DNA of 64,000 nucleotides from Deltaproteobacteria bacterium. Lineage in GTDB: Bacteria; Myxococcota_A; Polyangia; Fen-1088. The translations under genes were made by a program, and so were the position numbers. The stretch is taken from positions 160,001 through 224,000 of the forward strand of contig JANRKS010000005.1 of assembly GCA_033763315.1 (NCBI GenBank). The letters run 5' to 3'. The notes below the pieces were generated by a model, which worked only from the letters and a program-made list of their open reading frames with translations, did not search any database and was not told the origin of the DNA. Every line of letters starts with the position of its first letter. The first letter of the stretch is position 1. Below are positions 1-9,856 of this stretch, piece by piece.

Positions 1-1
1 G

Positions 2-979
2 TGCGCTTGGATGCGCGCGCACGACGACGTGCGGTTTGCCGTCATGGCCGATGAAGTGATGCGTCCCTTGTTCGCGGCGTTTCCGCAAGATCGTTTGCGG
101 TGGGAGCCGCCTGGAACCATGCAGGACTACCGTGCGTTTATCAGCACGTTGGATGTGGGAATTGCACCCCTGCAAGACACAGGCTTTAACCGCTGCCGCA
201 GCGATGTGAAATTGCTTGAATACGCGGCGGCCGGCGCGGTGCCTGTTGTGCAACGTTTGGCGCCCTATGAAGCCACGTTGATTGAGGGTTTGACGGGCTT
301 TGGCTTCAACACAGGCGAAGAACTTGTGGCGGCATTGGAATCCCTGCATGCCGACCCCAGCCTACGCAGCGCCGTTGCGAGCACGGCCTACAAATACGTA
401 ATCACCCAGCGCGTGGCTTCGTCGCGCGCCCAAGACCGTTTGCTGTTCTATGATGGCTTGCCCCACAAGCCGTTCGCGGACGCGCGGCCCCGCTTTGAAG
501 TGTTTGCGGATTTCGCGGGCGCCACGCGAGCGGGGCGTCACCTGCGTTTGGAGTTCACGCTGTTTGAGCGCTTGGTGTTCGAAGCGTTGGTGGCTGGTCT
601 GCAAGAACAATTTGGATCCACGGCACTCACGCTGTTAAGCAAAGCGGCCGCGCTCGCACCCGACAACGTGGATGTGCTCATCTATATGGCGCTCTTCGAT
701 GCGCAGAAGCGGCGTGTGTTAGAGCAAGCGGTTCAAAAGGTGCCAAGCAGCGCGCGGGCCTGGCTTGAACTTGGCGACGCGCAGTTTGACGAAGGCGACG
801 CCCGCCAAGCCTTGCTGTCTTTTCAGCAAGCCATGGCGTTGGCGCCGTCCTATGCGCTTGCGTGGGGAAAGGCCGCGGCCGTGTTGGCGCGTGCAGGCCA
901 ACACGCGCAAGCCGAATGTTTCGCATTGCGGGCGCGAGCACTCTCGGCGGCTGTAGATTTAGGATTTTCCGATGCTTAA
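2..979 (+). CDS. Glycosyltransferase (GT-B, family 4-like) with C-terminal TPR repeats; 5'-partial
   Basis: DVGIAPLQDTGFNRCRSDVKLLEYAAAG is a GT-B signature; C-terminal TPR-like helices (ARAWLELGDAQFDEG, ALAWGKAAAVL); frame is open to the window edge. Confidence 0.7.
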   Translation, partial: CAWMRAHDDVRFAVMADEVMRPLFAAFPQDRLRWEPPGTMQDYRAFISTLDVGIAPLQDTGFNRCRSDVKLLEYAAAGAVPVVQRLAPYEATLIEGLTGFGFNTGEELVAALESLHADPSLRSAVASTAYKYVITQRVASSRAQDRLLFYDGLPHKPFADARPRFEVFADFAGATRAGRHLRLEFTLFERLVFEALVAGLQEQFGSTALTLLSKAAALAPDNVDVLIYMALFDAQKRRVLEQAVQKVPSSARAWLELGDAQFDEGDARQALLSFQQAMALAPSYALAWGKAAAVLARAGQHAQAECFALRARALSAAVDLGFSDA

Positions 980-1087
980 AACCGGGTTGCATAGGTCGGC
1001 TTAGCCACAAGTCACGGCTGATCGGCAAATCCTGAAAATCGGGCACGCCCGCCCCCTTCGTCAAACGCCACCATGAACGCGTCTTGT

Positions 1088-2206
1088 TTAAGGTGTTGGG
1101 TTAAACAGCTGTGGCTTGTCGTCTTTGAACACTGGATCGCGTTCGGTCAGCACAATGGCCAACATCACCAACCTCGCCAGCGGTGGCAACTTGCGGAACG
1201 CCGGCGGCAACACAACCGAAGCGTTGTTGCCCTCGGTGCATGTGCCCTGGTAAACGCCCGGGCTCGTGGCGGCCAACGCGTTTTCGCATCCGGGATACCA
1301 CCGCAAAAGACCTTTGCGCGTTTCAAGCCGCGCCGTGTGGCCGGGCAAGGTGCCCCGCAACAAGAACCCATTTTGCGTGGACGACACCTGGAAAAACACG
1401 GGGTAACCCGCGATGGATCCTTCAGCCTGTTCCTCGCCCTTGAGCCAAATGTTCACAACCTCATCGCCGATCTTACCCACAATCAAACGTTTGCGAATAT
1501 CGATCGACAAAGGCGTGCGGTTAACCGATCCGGTGATGCGCGCCAAGGCGTCGCCTTGACCATAAAGATCAAGAACGTCTAAAGCGGCTCCGCGACGCGA
1601 TTCCCATTTCACCAAAAAACGGCCGGGGCGCGGCGCGGGGGGCGCAGGCTTGGTGGGCTGCACCACGCGCGGCTCTTCGGCTTGGCCTTCCATGATCAGT
1701 TCGTGCAAGCCAAGGCCAGGACCGCTCAAAACGGGGGCGGCCGGTGGTGCCGGCGGCGCTGCCAGCTCCACGGGCGGCTCCACATAAGCGAGCGGCGGTG
1801 ACGAACGCTCGGGCCGCGTGCGCCGACGTTGAGGTTTGGGTGGCTCTTGTGAATTTCGCTCCTCCGCCTCGTTGTCAGAAGGCGGCAAAACGATCGCTTG
1901 TCTTGCGGGTGCGGCCTCATAGCGTCGTGTGACCCGCGTGGGTGCTCCTGCGGGTGCTGACTGTTCCGCGCGCCACAGGCGTTGAACGTGAATCACGCCA
2001 TAAGCCATCGCCCCACCACCCACGAACAACACGCCAGTGGCAAACGCCATGCGCAGGACCCACGGCGCCTTGCGGTTGCTGATGCGGCTTTCCACGCGCG
2101 CGCGCACGCTTTCTTTGAGACCCAGCGGCATTTCAGGCGCCCCCGCGCGAAGCAAGGCTTTCTGCGCGTCTGTGCCCGCATCCTTAAGTCGTGTTGGCTC
2201 GCTCAC
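1088..2206 (-). CDS. Putative single-TM anti-sigma factor (Pro-rich linker, C-terminal beta-rich domain)
   Basis: 4-bp overlap with the upstream ECF sigma gene; short N-terminus followed by TM segment MAFATGVLFVGGGAMAYGVI. Confidence 0.55.
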   Translation of the reverse strand: MSEPTRLKDAGTDAQKALLRAGAPEMPLGLKESVRARVESRISNRKAPWVLRMAFATGVLFVGGGAMAYGVIHVQRLWRAEQSAPAGAPTRVTRRYEAAPARQAIVLPPSDNEAEERNSQEPPKPQRRRTRPERSSPPLAYVEPPVELAAPPAPPAAPVLSGPGLGLHELIMEGQAEEPRVVQPTKPAPPAPRPGRFLVKWESRRGAALDVLDLYGQGDALARITGSVNRTPLSIDIRKRLIVGKIGDEVVNIWLKGEEQAEGSIAGYPVFFQVSSTQNGFLLRGTLPGHTARLETRKGLLRWYPGCENALAATSPGVYQGTCTEGNNASVVLPPAFRKLPPLARLVMLAIVLTERDPVFKDDKPQLFNPTP

Positions 2207-2811
2207 CGCTTCCCCCCCTGCATAACAACCAACGCCCTTTGTTTGTGCAACCGATCGAACTCGGCGCGTGCGTGACGTAGCCGCGATTTCACCGTTTCGA
2301 CGCCACAGCCCAGCACGTCGGCAATTTCTTCCGTTGAGAGTTCTTCAAGTTCAAACAGCACAAACACCGATCGTTTCTTGGGCTTCATGCGGCCCAGGAT
2401 CTCTTCCAGCACAACTGCGGCCTCTGACGCTTGCGCGCGTCGCTCCGGCCCGGGATCGGCATCGGCGGGTTGCCACTGCCGCCCAAGCATCGCGTCCAGC
2501 GCACGTCGAACGGAGCCTTCGCGGTGCGCCCGAGACACTTCGTTGATCGTGATGCGGTAAAGCCATGTGGAAAACTGGCTGTCGCCGCGGAAGTGGCCAA
2601 GGTTGCGATAGACACGCAGAAAAACCTCTTGGCACACATCGGCGGTTTTCTCTTCCGTCAGGCCCATCCGCCGCCCCAAACGGTACACCAGCGGCGCGTG
2701 TTGGTCGTAAAGCTGCCGCCAGGCGAGTTTATCCCCCGCCTTACACCGGCTGACCCAGTCAGCGTCGATACGGCCCACCTCGGCCGAGTCTTCACGTACC
2801 GCCACGTTCAT
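2203..2811 (-). CDS. ECF RNA polymerase sigma-70 factor
   Basis: Region 2 DVCQEVFLRVYRNL...FSTWLYRITIN; region 4 LSTEEIADVLGCGVETVKSRLRHAR. Confidence 0.92.
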   Translation of the reverse strand: MNVAVREDSAEVGRIDADWVSRCKAGDKLAWRQLYDQHAPLVYRLGRRMGLTEEKTADVCQEVFLRVYRNLGHFRGDSQFSTWLYRITINEVSRAHREGSVRRALDAMLGRQWQPADADPGPERRAQASEAAVVLEEILGRMKPKKRSVFVLFELEELSTEEIADVLGCGVETVKSRLRHARAEFDRLHKQRALVVMQGGKR

Positions 2812-2864
2812 TAAGGGTTTAGACCGTCGGAGGCCATTTGTGGATCAAAATAATTATCAAGTAA

Positions 2865-2877
2865 TATCAACCACTTG
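2865..2877. promoter_or_regulatory. IHF-like binding site in an AT-rich patch upstream of the ECF sigma gene
   Basis: TATCAACCACTTG matches WATCAANNNNTTR exactly and is preceded by AAAATAATTATCAAGTAA. Confidence 0.4.
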
Positions 2878-2946
2878 TAGTCTGCGCTTCGTTGCGCGCC
2901 CGCAACTTGGTCGACAAAGGGGCACGTTGCATGGCCTCGGGCGGGC

Positions 2947-4197
2947 TCAAAGAGCTGGCATGCCCGAAGCGATCGCGGCGTGAAGCGAGGCAATGCTGCG
3001 GGCACAATCTCGGGTGAGCGGGTTATCGGCGCGGCGCACGTAGCCGCCCAAAAGGGAAGTGAAGCGGCTCTTGATGCGCGCCAGCTTCTGCGGGTTGAAA
3101 AAAATATCCGGCAATTGCCCGTCATACCAACCGTTGACCATCGCGCGAAACACGGCCACGGCTTGCGCCATGGGCCCTGTGTAGCTCGCATCCCAGTCAA
3201 CCGCCTCGCCGCGCAAACAACGATCCACCAAGGCGGCGGACAACGTGGCCGATTCCAGCGCCAACGTGACGCCCGACGAGAACACGGGATCTAGAAAATC
3301 GCCCGCGTTGCCTGCAACAGCCCAACGCGTGCCGTGAAGCTTCGAATTCTTGGTTGAGTATTCGCGCAAGATTTGAGGCGGCAGTACGGGCTGCGCCGCC
3401 CGCAATCGGTAAGCGGCATTTGGATCGCGTTGCAGTTGGGTGAGCAACTTTTCCAAGGACGTGCCATGCAAAGCGTCCCAGTACGCCGGATCGCACACCA
3501 TGCCTACGGATGTGCGCCCGTTCGAGAATGGAATCAGCCACAACCAGCCATTGTCTGGATGGCAACACACCCAGATGTCGCCTTCCACATCGGCCCTAGG
3601 CCGGACGTCGCCTTCAAAGTGAGTGAAGCAGGCCACGCGCGCGGGCAAGCCGGTCGCTTCATCCAGCTTCAGCAGGCGCGCCAACACACGGCCATAGCCA
3701 CTGCAATCAAGCACCCACCGAGCGCGTAACGTTTGTGTTTGTTCCTTCCACAGATCTTTCACGGTGACTGCAGCACCGTCGTCAGCGAAGGAAGCTCCGA
3801 GCACCTCCTGGCCGAAGCGCACATCCACGCCTTGACGGCGCGCCTCTGTGGCCAGCGTTTGATCGAAGTCGTCACGCGGCACTTGAAATGTTGTGGGGCG
3901 ATCCCCTTCCAGAGCGTTGGCGAAGCTGAAACGTTCACGCTCGTCGCCGCGCAGAAAGAGGGCGCCCTTTTTCACCATGTAGCCGCGGCGTTCCACGGCG
4001 TCGAGCAAACCCAGCCCTGCCAACAGATCGTTTGCCCGTGGCAGCAGCGATTCGCCCACCACTTGGCGTGGGAAGTGGCCGCGCTCAAGGCACACCACCT
4101 TGTGGCTCTGCCTCACAAGGGCTACAGAAGCTGCTGACCCGGCGGGCCCTGCACCGATCACCAAGACGTCTGCGTCAAATGAAGGAGAGGCTGCCAT
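2947..4197 (-). CDS. FAD-dependent oxidoreductase, flavin-dependent halogenase family
   Basis: GAGPAG FAD motif, VGESLLP, conserved K in MVKKGA, WLWLIP (WxWxIP), FLDPVFSSGV. Confidence 0.8.
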   Translation of the reverse strand: MAASPSFDADVLVIGAGPAGSAASVALVRQSHKVVCLERGHFPRQVVGESLLPRANDLLAGLGLLDAVERRGYMVKKGALFLRGDERERFSFANALEGDRPTTFQVPRDDFDQTLATEARRQGVDVRFGQEVLGASFADDGAAVTVKDLWKEQTQTLRARWVLDCSGYGRVLARLLKLDEATGLPARVACFTHFEGDVRPRADVEGDIWVCCHPDNGWLWLIPFSNGRTSVGMVCDPAYWDALHGTSLEKLLTQLQRDPNAAYRLRAAQPVLPPQILREYSTKNSKLHGTRWAVAGNAGDFLDPVFSSGVTLALESATLSAALVDRCLRGEAVDWDASYTGPMAQAVAVFRAMVNGWYDGQLPDIFFNPQKLARIKSRFTSLLGGYVRRADNPLTRDCARSIASLHAAIASGMPAL

Positions 4198-4320
4198 GTG
4201 CGCTCGCATATACGCCTGTGATGCGCCGTAAAATCAAGGGATTTTCTCTTGCGGGGCCGCGGCGCGATGGGCACAATCCAGCAACGATAAACCTGTTGTG
4301 ATGCGTCACAGGCCGCTTGC

Positions 4321-5244
4321 ATGAGTGGGGCTGCTAACGCGCACGTTGCCACCACCATGCAAGCAAGCGTTCCTCAACCTTCACACCCGTCGCCGTCGCA
4401 GCGTCCGCCTGCCGGCTTTGTGCAAGGCGTGCGTGTTGGCCTGTGTGGCCTCGCGTTTTTGGGCTTTGCGTTGGGCGGCGCTGTGTTGGCGTGGTTGGTT
4501 TTGCCGATTGTCGCGCGTTGGCCCGGCTCCTCGCAAGCGCAATCACGGAAACGCTGTCAGCGCGTGGTTCGCGCCGCGTGGATCTTTTTTCATGATTACA
4601 TGCGCGTGGTGGGTTTGGTGGCGTTCAACCACCGGCGCATGCGTCTGCCAGCCCATGCGCCCGCCGTGATCATCGCGAATCACCCCACGTTGATCGACAT
4701 CACGGCGCTCGTATCCGCGTTGGGGCCCGTGTGTTTTGTGGCCAAAAAGCCGCTGTTCAAGAATCCGATCTACGGCGCCTTGTTGCGCGCGTGCGGCCAC
4801 ATTGGCAGCCTGGATGCCGATGGCGATGAGGGCCAAAGCGCGCTCGATCAGGCTTTGGCGCGGCTAGCGGCGGGCCATAGCGTGCTGTTGTTTCCCGAGG
4901 GCACCCGATCGCCCGTGGGCGGTTTGGGCCGCTTCCGTATGGGGGCGTTTGCGCTTGCGCGGCAGGCTCAGGTGCCGCTGGTGGTCGTGAGCGTCACAGC
5001 CCGGCCGTTGGGTTTGAATAAGGGCGTGCCTTGGTACGCGATCCCCGCGCAAGCGATGACCCTGTCGCTCGAACACGAGATGACGTTCAACGATTGGTCA
5101 AGCATCCCTGATTTGCACGCCTTGGCCGCGTTGCGAACCACGATCAGACAGCGGTTGCTGGCCCGCGTGCACCCCGGCCCTGCGGCCGTTCCAGTGGCCG
5201 CGCCAGAATCTGTGCCAGGGACTTTGAATTTAACGCAGGCCTAG
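4321..5244 (+). CDS. Lysophospholipid acyltransferase (PlsC family; ApeD-like)
   Basis: IANHPTLID and FPEGTRS motifs; first gene of an aryl-polyene-type operon; start may be 4357. Confidence 0.85.
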   Translation: MSGAANAHVATTMQASVPQPSHPSPSQRPPAGFVQGVRVGLCGLAFLGFALGGAVLAWLVLPIVARWPGSSQAQSRKRCQRVVRAAWIFFHDYMRVVGLVAFNHRRMRLPAHAPAVIIANHPTLIDITALVSALGPVCFVAKKPLFKNPIYGALLRACGHIGSLDADGDEGQSALDQALARLAAGHSVLLFPEGTRSPVGGLGRFRMGAFALARQAQVPLVVVSVTARPLGLNKGVPWYAIPAQAMTLSLEHEMTFNDWSSIPDLHALAALRTTIRQRLLARVHPGPAAVPVAAPESVPGTLNLTQA

Positions 5245-5273
5245 GCCGTTATTCGCTATACAGGACGCCGACC

Positions 5274-5579
5274 GTGCAATTGGAAGACCTAGAGGCTGAG
5301 TTGAAGGACTTAATCGTCGAGGCGTTGATGTTAAAAGACGTCAAGCCGGCGCAGATCAATTCTACCGAACCTTTGTTCGTAGAAGGACTGGGCCTTGATT
5401 CCATCGACGCGCTTGAACTGGGCCTCGCGATCGAAGGCAAGTGGGGTTTCAAGATCGGGGGGGATGAGGCTTCGGCCCGCAAAGCGTTTGCTTCCGTACG
5501 CAGCCTGGCCGCGTTCATCCATGACAAAATCAGCACGCAGCCGGCGTTGTCGGCTGCCCCCACGCCAGCTTCCACCTAA
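5274..5579 (+). CDS. Acyl carrier protein (ApeE-like)
   Basis: GLGLDSIDALEL phosphopantetheine site. Confidence 0.9.
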   Translation: MQLEDLEAELKDLIVEALMLKDVKPAQINSTEPLFVEGLGLDSIDALELGLAIEGKWGFKIGGDEASARKAFASVRSLAAFIHDKISTQPALSAAPTPAST

Positions 5580-5585
5580 GCCGCC

Positions 5586-5849
5586 ATGACACAAGCTGAA
5601 ATTTTCGACCGCGTGCAAGCGATGATGAACGAACTTTTCGAGTTGGATCGCGAAAAGATTACGCTTGAGTCACACCTCATCAACGACCTGGATCTCGACA
5701 GCTTGGACGCCATCGATATGGCGGTGAAGCTTGAAGAGATCACGGGTCACCGCGTGGCGGAAGAATCACTGAAGGCCATCCGCACCGTCGCCGACGTGGT
5801 GCATTTGGTGGACGGCGTGGTCAACGGCAAAACGTCGCCGGCTGGCTGA
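5586..5849 (+). CDS. Acyl carrier protein (ApeF-like)
   Basis: DLDLDSLDAIDM phosphopantetheine site; tandem second ACP. Confidence 0.9.
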   Translation: MTQAEIFDRVQAMMNELFELDREKITLESHLINDLDLDSLDAIDMAVKLEEITGHRVAEESLKAIRTVADVVHLVDGVVNGKTSPAG

Positions 5850-5863
5850 TCGAGGCGGCCCGC

Positions 5864-6493
5864 ATGTGGAAGGCGATGGCTAGCGTCACAGGCGTGGTTG
5901 CGGCGCTGGCATACCCTGCATTCGTGTATGTCGGCCTCACGCGTTTTGGTTTGACGCGCGCCGTGTGGTTGGTGGTGATCGTCGCAGCGGTTTTGGCTGC
6001 GGCGCGCGCGCTGTCCCCCGGGCGGCGGCGTGTTGCCCTGTTGCTGGCGCCACCGCTGACGATGGCTGGGTTGGCTGTTCTTGGTGCATGGACGAAGCAA
6101 CCTCGGCTGCTGTTGGCCACGCCCACTTTGATCAATGGTTCGTTCTTGCTGACTTTCGGTGTCACCTTGCGGCCAGGGGCCCAACCGATCGTCGAACGTT
6201 TTGCGCGCATGCTGGATCCGGGGCTTACCGAGGCCGAAGCGGCTTATTGCCGGCAAGTCACGAAGCTGTGGTGCTGGTTCTTCGTGCTCAACGGCACTGC
6301 GGCGGCGGTGTTGGCTGTGGGTGCGCCGTTGTCGTGGTGGGCACTCTATACGGGGCTGCTTGCGTATGTTCTGATGGGCTTGCTGATGGCCGGAGAATAC
6401 GTTGTGCGGAAACGTCGCTTCGGAAAGTTTGGCCGCGGCCCACATGATCGCATGTTGGCGTTTCTCATGGCGCCACGGGCGGGCAGGTCATGA
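5864..6493 (+). CDS. COG4648-type membrane protein (ApeG-like)
   Basis: Multiple TM segments; IVERFAR, YCRQVTKLWCWFF and WALYTGLLAY motifs; position after the tandem ACPs. Confidence 0.75.
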   Translation: MWKAMASVTGVVAALAYPAFVYVGLTRFGLTRAVWLVVIVAAVLAAARALSPGRRRVALLLAPPLTMAGLAVLGAWTKQPRLLLATPTLINGSFLLTFGVTLRPGAQPIVERFARMLDPGLTEAEAAYCRQVTKLWCWFFVLNGTAAAVLAVGAPLSWWALYTGLLAYVLMGLLMAGEYVVRKRRFGKFGRGPHDRMLAFLMAPRAGRS

Positions 6494-8205
6494 GCACGTT
6501 CACGTTGCTATCGCCGCAACGTTCACAGCCCGTGGCGGTGGGCGATGGCGGTGCCAAAACCGCTCTCGAACTTTTGGCTCTGGCGCGGGCCGTTGCCAAA
6601 GCGCTGCCGCCGTCATCGCAAACCAAGCAAGTGGCGGTGGTGTGCCAGGATCGATTCCATTTTGCCGGGGCTGTTTGCGGCGTGTGGATGGCGGGGCACG
6701 TGGTGGCGTTGCTGCCCAACGATCGGCCCGCGTTGGTGGCTCAGGTGCAGGCGGCGCACACGCTGTTGGCGGTGGTGGGTGACGGGCAGGTGGCCGCCAC
6801 CATCGACGTGGCTACGTTGCCGTTGGCGCAGCCAAAGGAGGAAGAGCTTTGCTTTGAAGGCACGCGCGTGGCGGCCTGCATCTATTCATCTGGCTCAACG
6901 GGTGCTCCGGTGGCCTACGACAAAACCTTCGCGCAATTGTTGGGTGAAGCGCAGGTCTTGGCCGGCCTGTTTTCTTTGGGCGAAGACGGCGTGCTGCCCA
7001 CGGTTCCCTGCCAACACATCTATGGGTTTTTGATGGGTGTGCTCGCGCCGCTGTTCGCGGGCGCGGCCTTTGTGCGACAAACGCCTTTGCATACAACACA
7101 CATCATGCAAACGCTGACACAAACGCATGCCACTGTGTTGGTTGCCTCGCCCGCTCACCTTAAGGGCCTGGCGATTTTGTGCGCCGACGGTCCGGTGAGC
7201 TTGCCTCGGCTGCGGCAGATCGTTTCGTCAGGCGCGCCCTTGCCGCCTCATGACGCCCAGGCATTGTCAAAGGGCATGGGTGTGGACGTGACTGAATTGT
7301 TTGGATCCACCGAAACCGGCGGCATCGGTTACCGCCGGCCTCCCGCTTCTGCGTGGCAGCCTTTGCCCGGGGTGAGCGTGGCCACCGCCGCGGGGTTGGG
7401 AATGGATCACCTGCCCGCCGAGCGATTGCTCGTGCGATCACCTCACGCATGCGGCGCCGAAGAAGGTTGGTTCATTACGCAGGACATGATCGCGCTGGCC
7501 GATGATGGCAGCTTTGTTCACCTCGGCCGCAGTGACAGCGTTGTGAAGGTGGGCGGGCGCCGTGTGGATCTGGAGGCACTTCGGCAAGCGTTGCTGCGTG
7601 TGCCAGGCGTGGCGGACGCAGCGGTCGTAGGATTATCGGCGCCGCCGCCGCGCGATCTGGAGATTGGCGCGATCGTGGTGGCCCCGGTGGTGACACTGCA
7701 ATCAATGCGGGCGGCGTTGTTGCAAACGTTTGATCCTGTGGCCCTGCCTCGGCGGTGGCGGTTCGTCGAAGCCTTGCCTCACAGCACCAGCGGCAAACTG
7801 CCCCGAGCCCAACTTGTTTCGCTGTTCACCCCACACCCCGAGGCCTCCTCGCGCATCGGGTGCGAGACGCGATCGTGCACCTATGATGAGCCGACTGGCA
7901 CGCATCACATCAGCATTTTTGTACCTGAACACGCGTGGTTCTTTGGCGGACACTTCGATCACAATCCCTTGGTGCCCGCCGTGGTGCAAGTCAATGACCT
8001 GGCGCTGGCTCATGCACATCATTTGCATACAGATCTGCCGCCCTTGCGTCAGGCGAGCCGGCTGAAGTTCAAACACCCGATTCGGCCCGGCGATCTGGTT
8101 CAACTCACCTTGTGCCGCAAAGGCAGCCAAGTGGTGTTTGCGATGCGTGTGGGCGGCGTTGATTGTAGTGGCGGTGTGCTTGAGTTCGCGGAGGCCGGCG
8201 CGTGA
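6490..8205 (+). CDS. Acyl-ACP/CoA synthetase fused to a FabA/Z-like dehydratase (ApeH-ApeI fusion)
   Basis: YSSGSTGAP, HIYG, FGSTETGG and GRSDSVVKVGG adenylation motifs; C-terminal FGGHFDHNPLVPAV hotdog motif. Confidence 0.85.
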   Translation: MSTFTLLSPQRSQPVAVGDGGAKTALELLALARAVAKALPPSSQTKQVAVVCQDRFHFAGAVCGVWMAGHVVALLPNDRPALVAQVQAAHTLLAVVGDGQVAATIDVATLPLAQPKEEELCFEGTRVAACIYSSGSTGAPVAYDKTFAQLLGEAQVLAGLFSLGEDGVLPTVPCQHIYGFLMGVLAPLFAGAAFVRQTPLHTTHIMQTLTQTHATVLVASPAHLKGLAILCADGPVSLPRLRQIVSSGAPLPPHDAQALSKGMGVDVTELFGSTETGGIGYRRPPASAWQPLPGVSVATAAGLGMDHLPAERLLVRSPHACGAEEGWFITQDMIALADDGSFVHLGRSDSVVKVGGRRVDLEALRQALLRVPGVADAAVVGLSAPPPRDLEIGAIVVAPVVTLQSMRAALLQTFDPVALPRRWRFVEALPHSTSGKLPRAQLVSLFTPHPEASSRIGCETRSCTYDEPTGTHHISIFVPEHAWFFGGHFDHNPLVPAVVQVNDLALAHAHHLHTDLPPLRQASRLKFKHPIRPGDLVQLTLCRKGSQVVFAMRVGGVDCSGGVLEFAEAGA

Positions 8206-8957
8206 GTTTTCGCCCGTGCGTTGTGATCCCCACTTACAACAACCCCGCCACGATCGCGAAGGTGGTGAATGAGGCACGCACGTTTGTGACAGACGTGATT
8301 GTGGTGGACGATGGCAGTGGGACGGCGGGCCGCGAGGCCACCGCCGCGCTGGCAAACGGGGGCATCGCGCAGGTCATCCACAGGGCTGCAAATGGCGGCA
8401 AGGGCGCGGCGGTCAAAACGGGAATCGCCGCGGCCGCACAGCAAGGCTTCACGCACGTGTTGCAAGTGGACGCTGACGGGCAACACAATCTGGCAGATGT
8501 GCCCAGGTTTTTAGAGCAAGCCCGCGCGCAGCCTGAGGCGTTGATCTTGGGTGAGCCGCGCTTTGACGCCACGGCGCCGAAGGCGCGCTTGTGGGGCCGC
8601 AAGCTCACGAACTTTTGGGTTCACATCGAAACGGCAGGTCGTGTGATCGCCGATCCCATGTGCGGTTTTCGTGTGTATCCCGTGGCGGCGGCGATGGCTG
8701 TCCTCCCTCGCGCGCAGCGCATGGATTTCGATCCCGAGGTTGCGGTGCGCTTGGTGTGGCAGGGCTTGCGCGTGGTGAACGTTCCCACCTCGGTGCGCTA
8801 TCTTTCTGCCGCAGAAGGTGGCGTTTCACACTTTCAGATGGGTCGCGACAACCTCCGTATCAGTTGGATGCATACGCGTTTGGTGTTTGGCGCGCTGGTT
8901 CGTCTGCTGACCGGGCGCAAATTGAGGAGCGAAGCATGGCGCGCGCTGCGTGGCTGA
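8202..8957 (+). CDS. Glycosyltransferase family 2 (ApeJ N-terminal half)
   Basis: VIPTYN, VDDGS, GKGAA, DADGQH and CGFRVYP motifs. Confidence 0.9.
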   Translation: MSFRPCVVIPTYNNPATIAKVVNEARTFVTDVIVVDDGSGTAGREATAALANGGIAQVIHRAANGGKGAAVKTGIAAAAQQGFTHVLQVDADGQHNLADVPRFLEQARAQPEALILGEPRFDATAPKARLWGRKLTNFWVHIETAGRVIADPMCGFRVYPVAAAMAVLPRAQRMDFDPEVAVRLVWQGLRVVNVPTSVRYLSAAEGGVSHFQMGRDNLRISWMHTRLVFGALVRLLTGRKLRSEAWRALRG

Positions 8958-9856
8958 ACGTGCGTGAACAGGGCAGCGTGCTTGGCATGCGCGTGCTGCT
9001 GTTTTTGTGCACGTCGTTTGGCCGTCCGCCGGCGCGCCTGTTGCTAAGGCTGATCGCGCTTTACTATGCCCTAGCGGCACGTGAGGCACGTCGCGCGTCC
9101 TGCCGTTACTTGCAAGCGGTGGGCATGGTGCCTTCGTTCAAGAATGTGTACACGCACGTGCTGCGCTTTGCGGAGGTGAGCCTCGATCGGTTGTTCTTCC
9201 TGCGCGGTAACTTTGCGCCGTTCGTGGTGAATGCCACGGGCCAAGAACACATCCTGCGGCTGCGGCAAAACAACCGCGGGGCCATCTTGCTTGGCGCCCA
9301 CCTTGGCAGCTTTGAAGCGATGCGGGCCGCGGGCAAAGATTTGCAAGCTCGCATCAATATCGTTGGTTACTTCGGCAACGCTCGCGCGGTGAACCGCCTG
9401 TTGGATCAAGGCAGCGGGGGCAACGTGGGCACGCGGCTCTTGGAGATCACGCCGGACTCGATTGACTTCATCTTCAAGGCGAAGGATCTGCTGGAAAAAG
9501 GCGAGATGCTGGCCATCTTGGGCGATCGCGTGGTGTCCAACCACGTGACGGAGGTGATGTTCTTCGGACGCAAGGCGCGGTTTCCCACGGGGCCCTTTGT
9601 TTTGGCCGCCAGCCTCAAGTGCCCGGTGTATCTCACGTTTGGGCTCTATTTCCCGCCCAACCGGTATGAGCTTCATTGCGAACCTTTCGCAGAATCCGTG
9701 CAGGTGCCGCGGGGCCGGCGGGCCGAAGCGTTGCAGGCGTACGTGCAAGCCTATGCGTTGCGCCTTGAGCATTATTGCCGGCAGGCCCCCTACAATTGGT
9801 TTAACTTCTTTCCCTTCTGGAGTGACGACAATGCCGACGACAGAGCTGACACCTGA
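8936..9856 (+). CDS. LpxL/LpxP-like acyltransferase (ApeJ C-terminal half)
   Basis: GAHLGSFE, LGDR and APYNWFNFFPFW motifs; ATG at 8936 follows a GAGGAG RBS. Confidence 0.85.
   Translation: MARAAWLNVREQGSVLGMRVLLFLCTSFGRPPARLLLRLIALYYALAAREARRASCRYLQAVGMVPSFKNVYTHVLRFAEVSLDRLFFLRGNFAPFVVNATGQEHILRLRQNNRGAILLGAHLGSFEAMRAAGKDLQARINIVGYFGNARAVNRLLDQGSGGNVGTRLLEITPDSIDFIFKAKDLLEKGEMLAILGDRVVSNHVTEVMFFGRKARFPTGPFVLAASLKCPVYLTFGLYFPPNRYELHCEPFAESVQVPRGRRAEALQAYVQAYALRLEHYCRQAPYNWFNFFPFWSDDNADDRADT

Noticed and set aside
8591-9830. Long N-terminal extensions in the ORF track (8591, 9597, also 14187, 19351, 28170, 34012, 54569)
   Set aside because: They overlap upstream genes or promoters; downstream starts give normal family lengths and operon-style overlaps.
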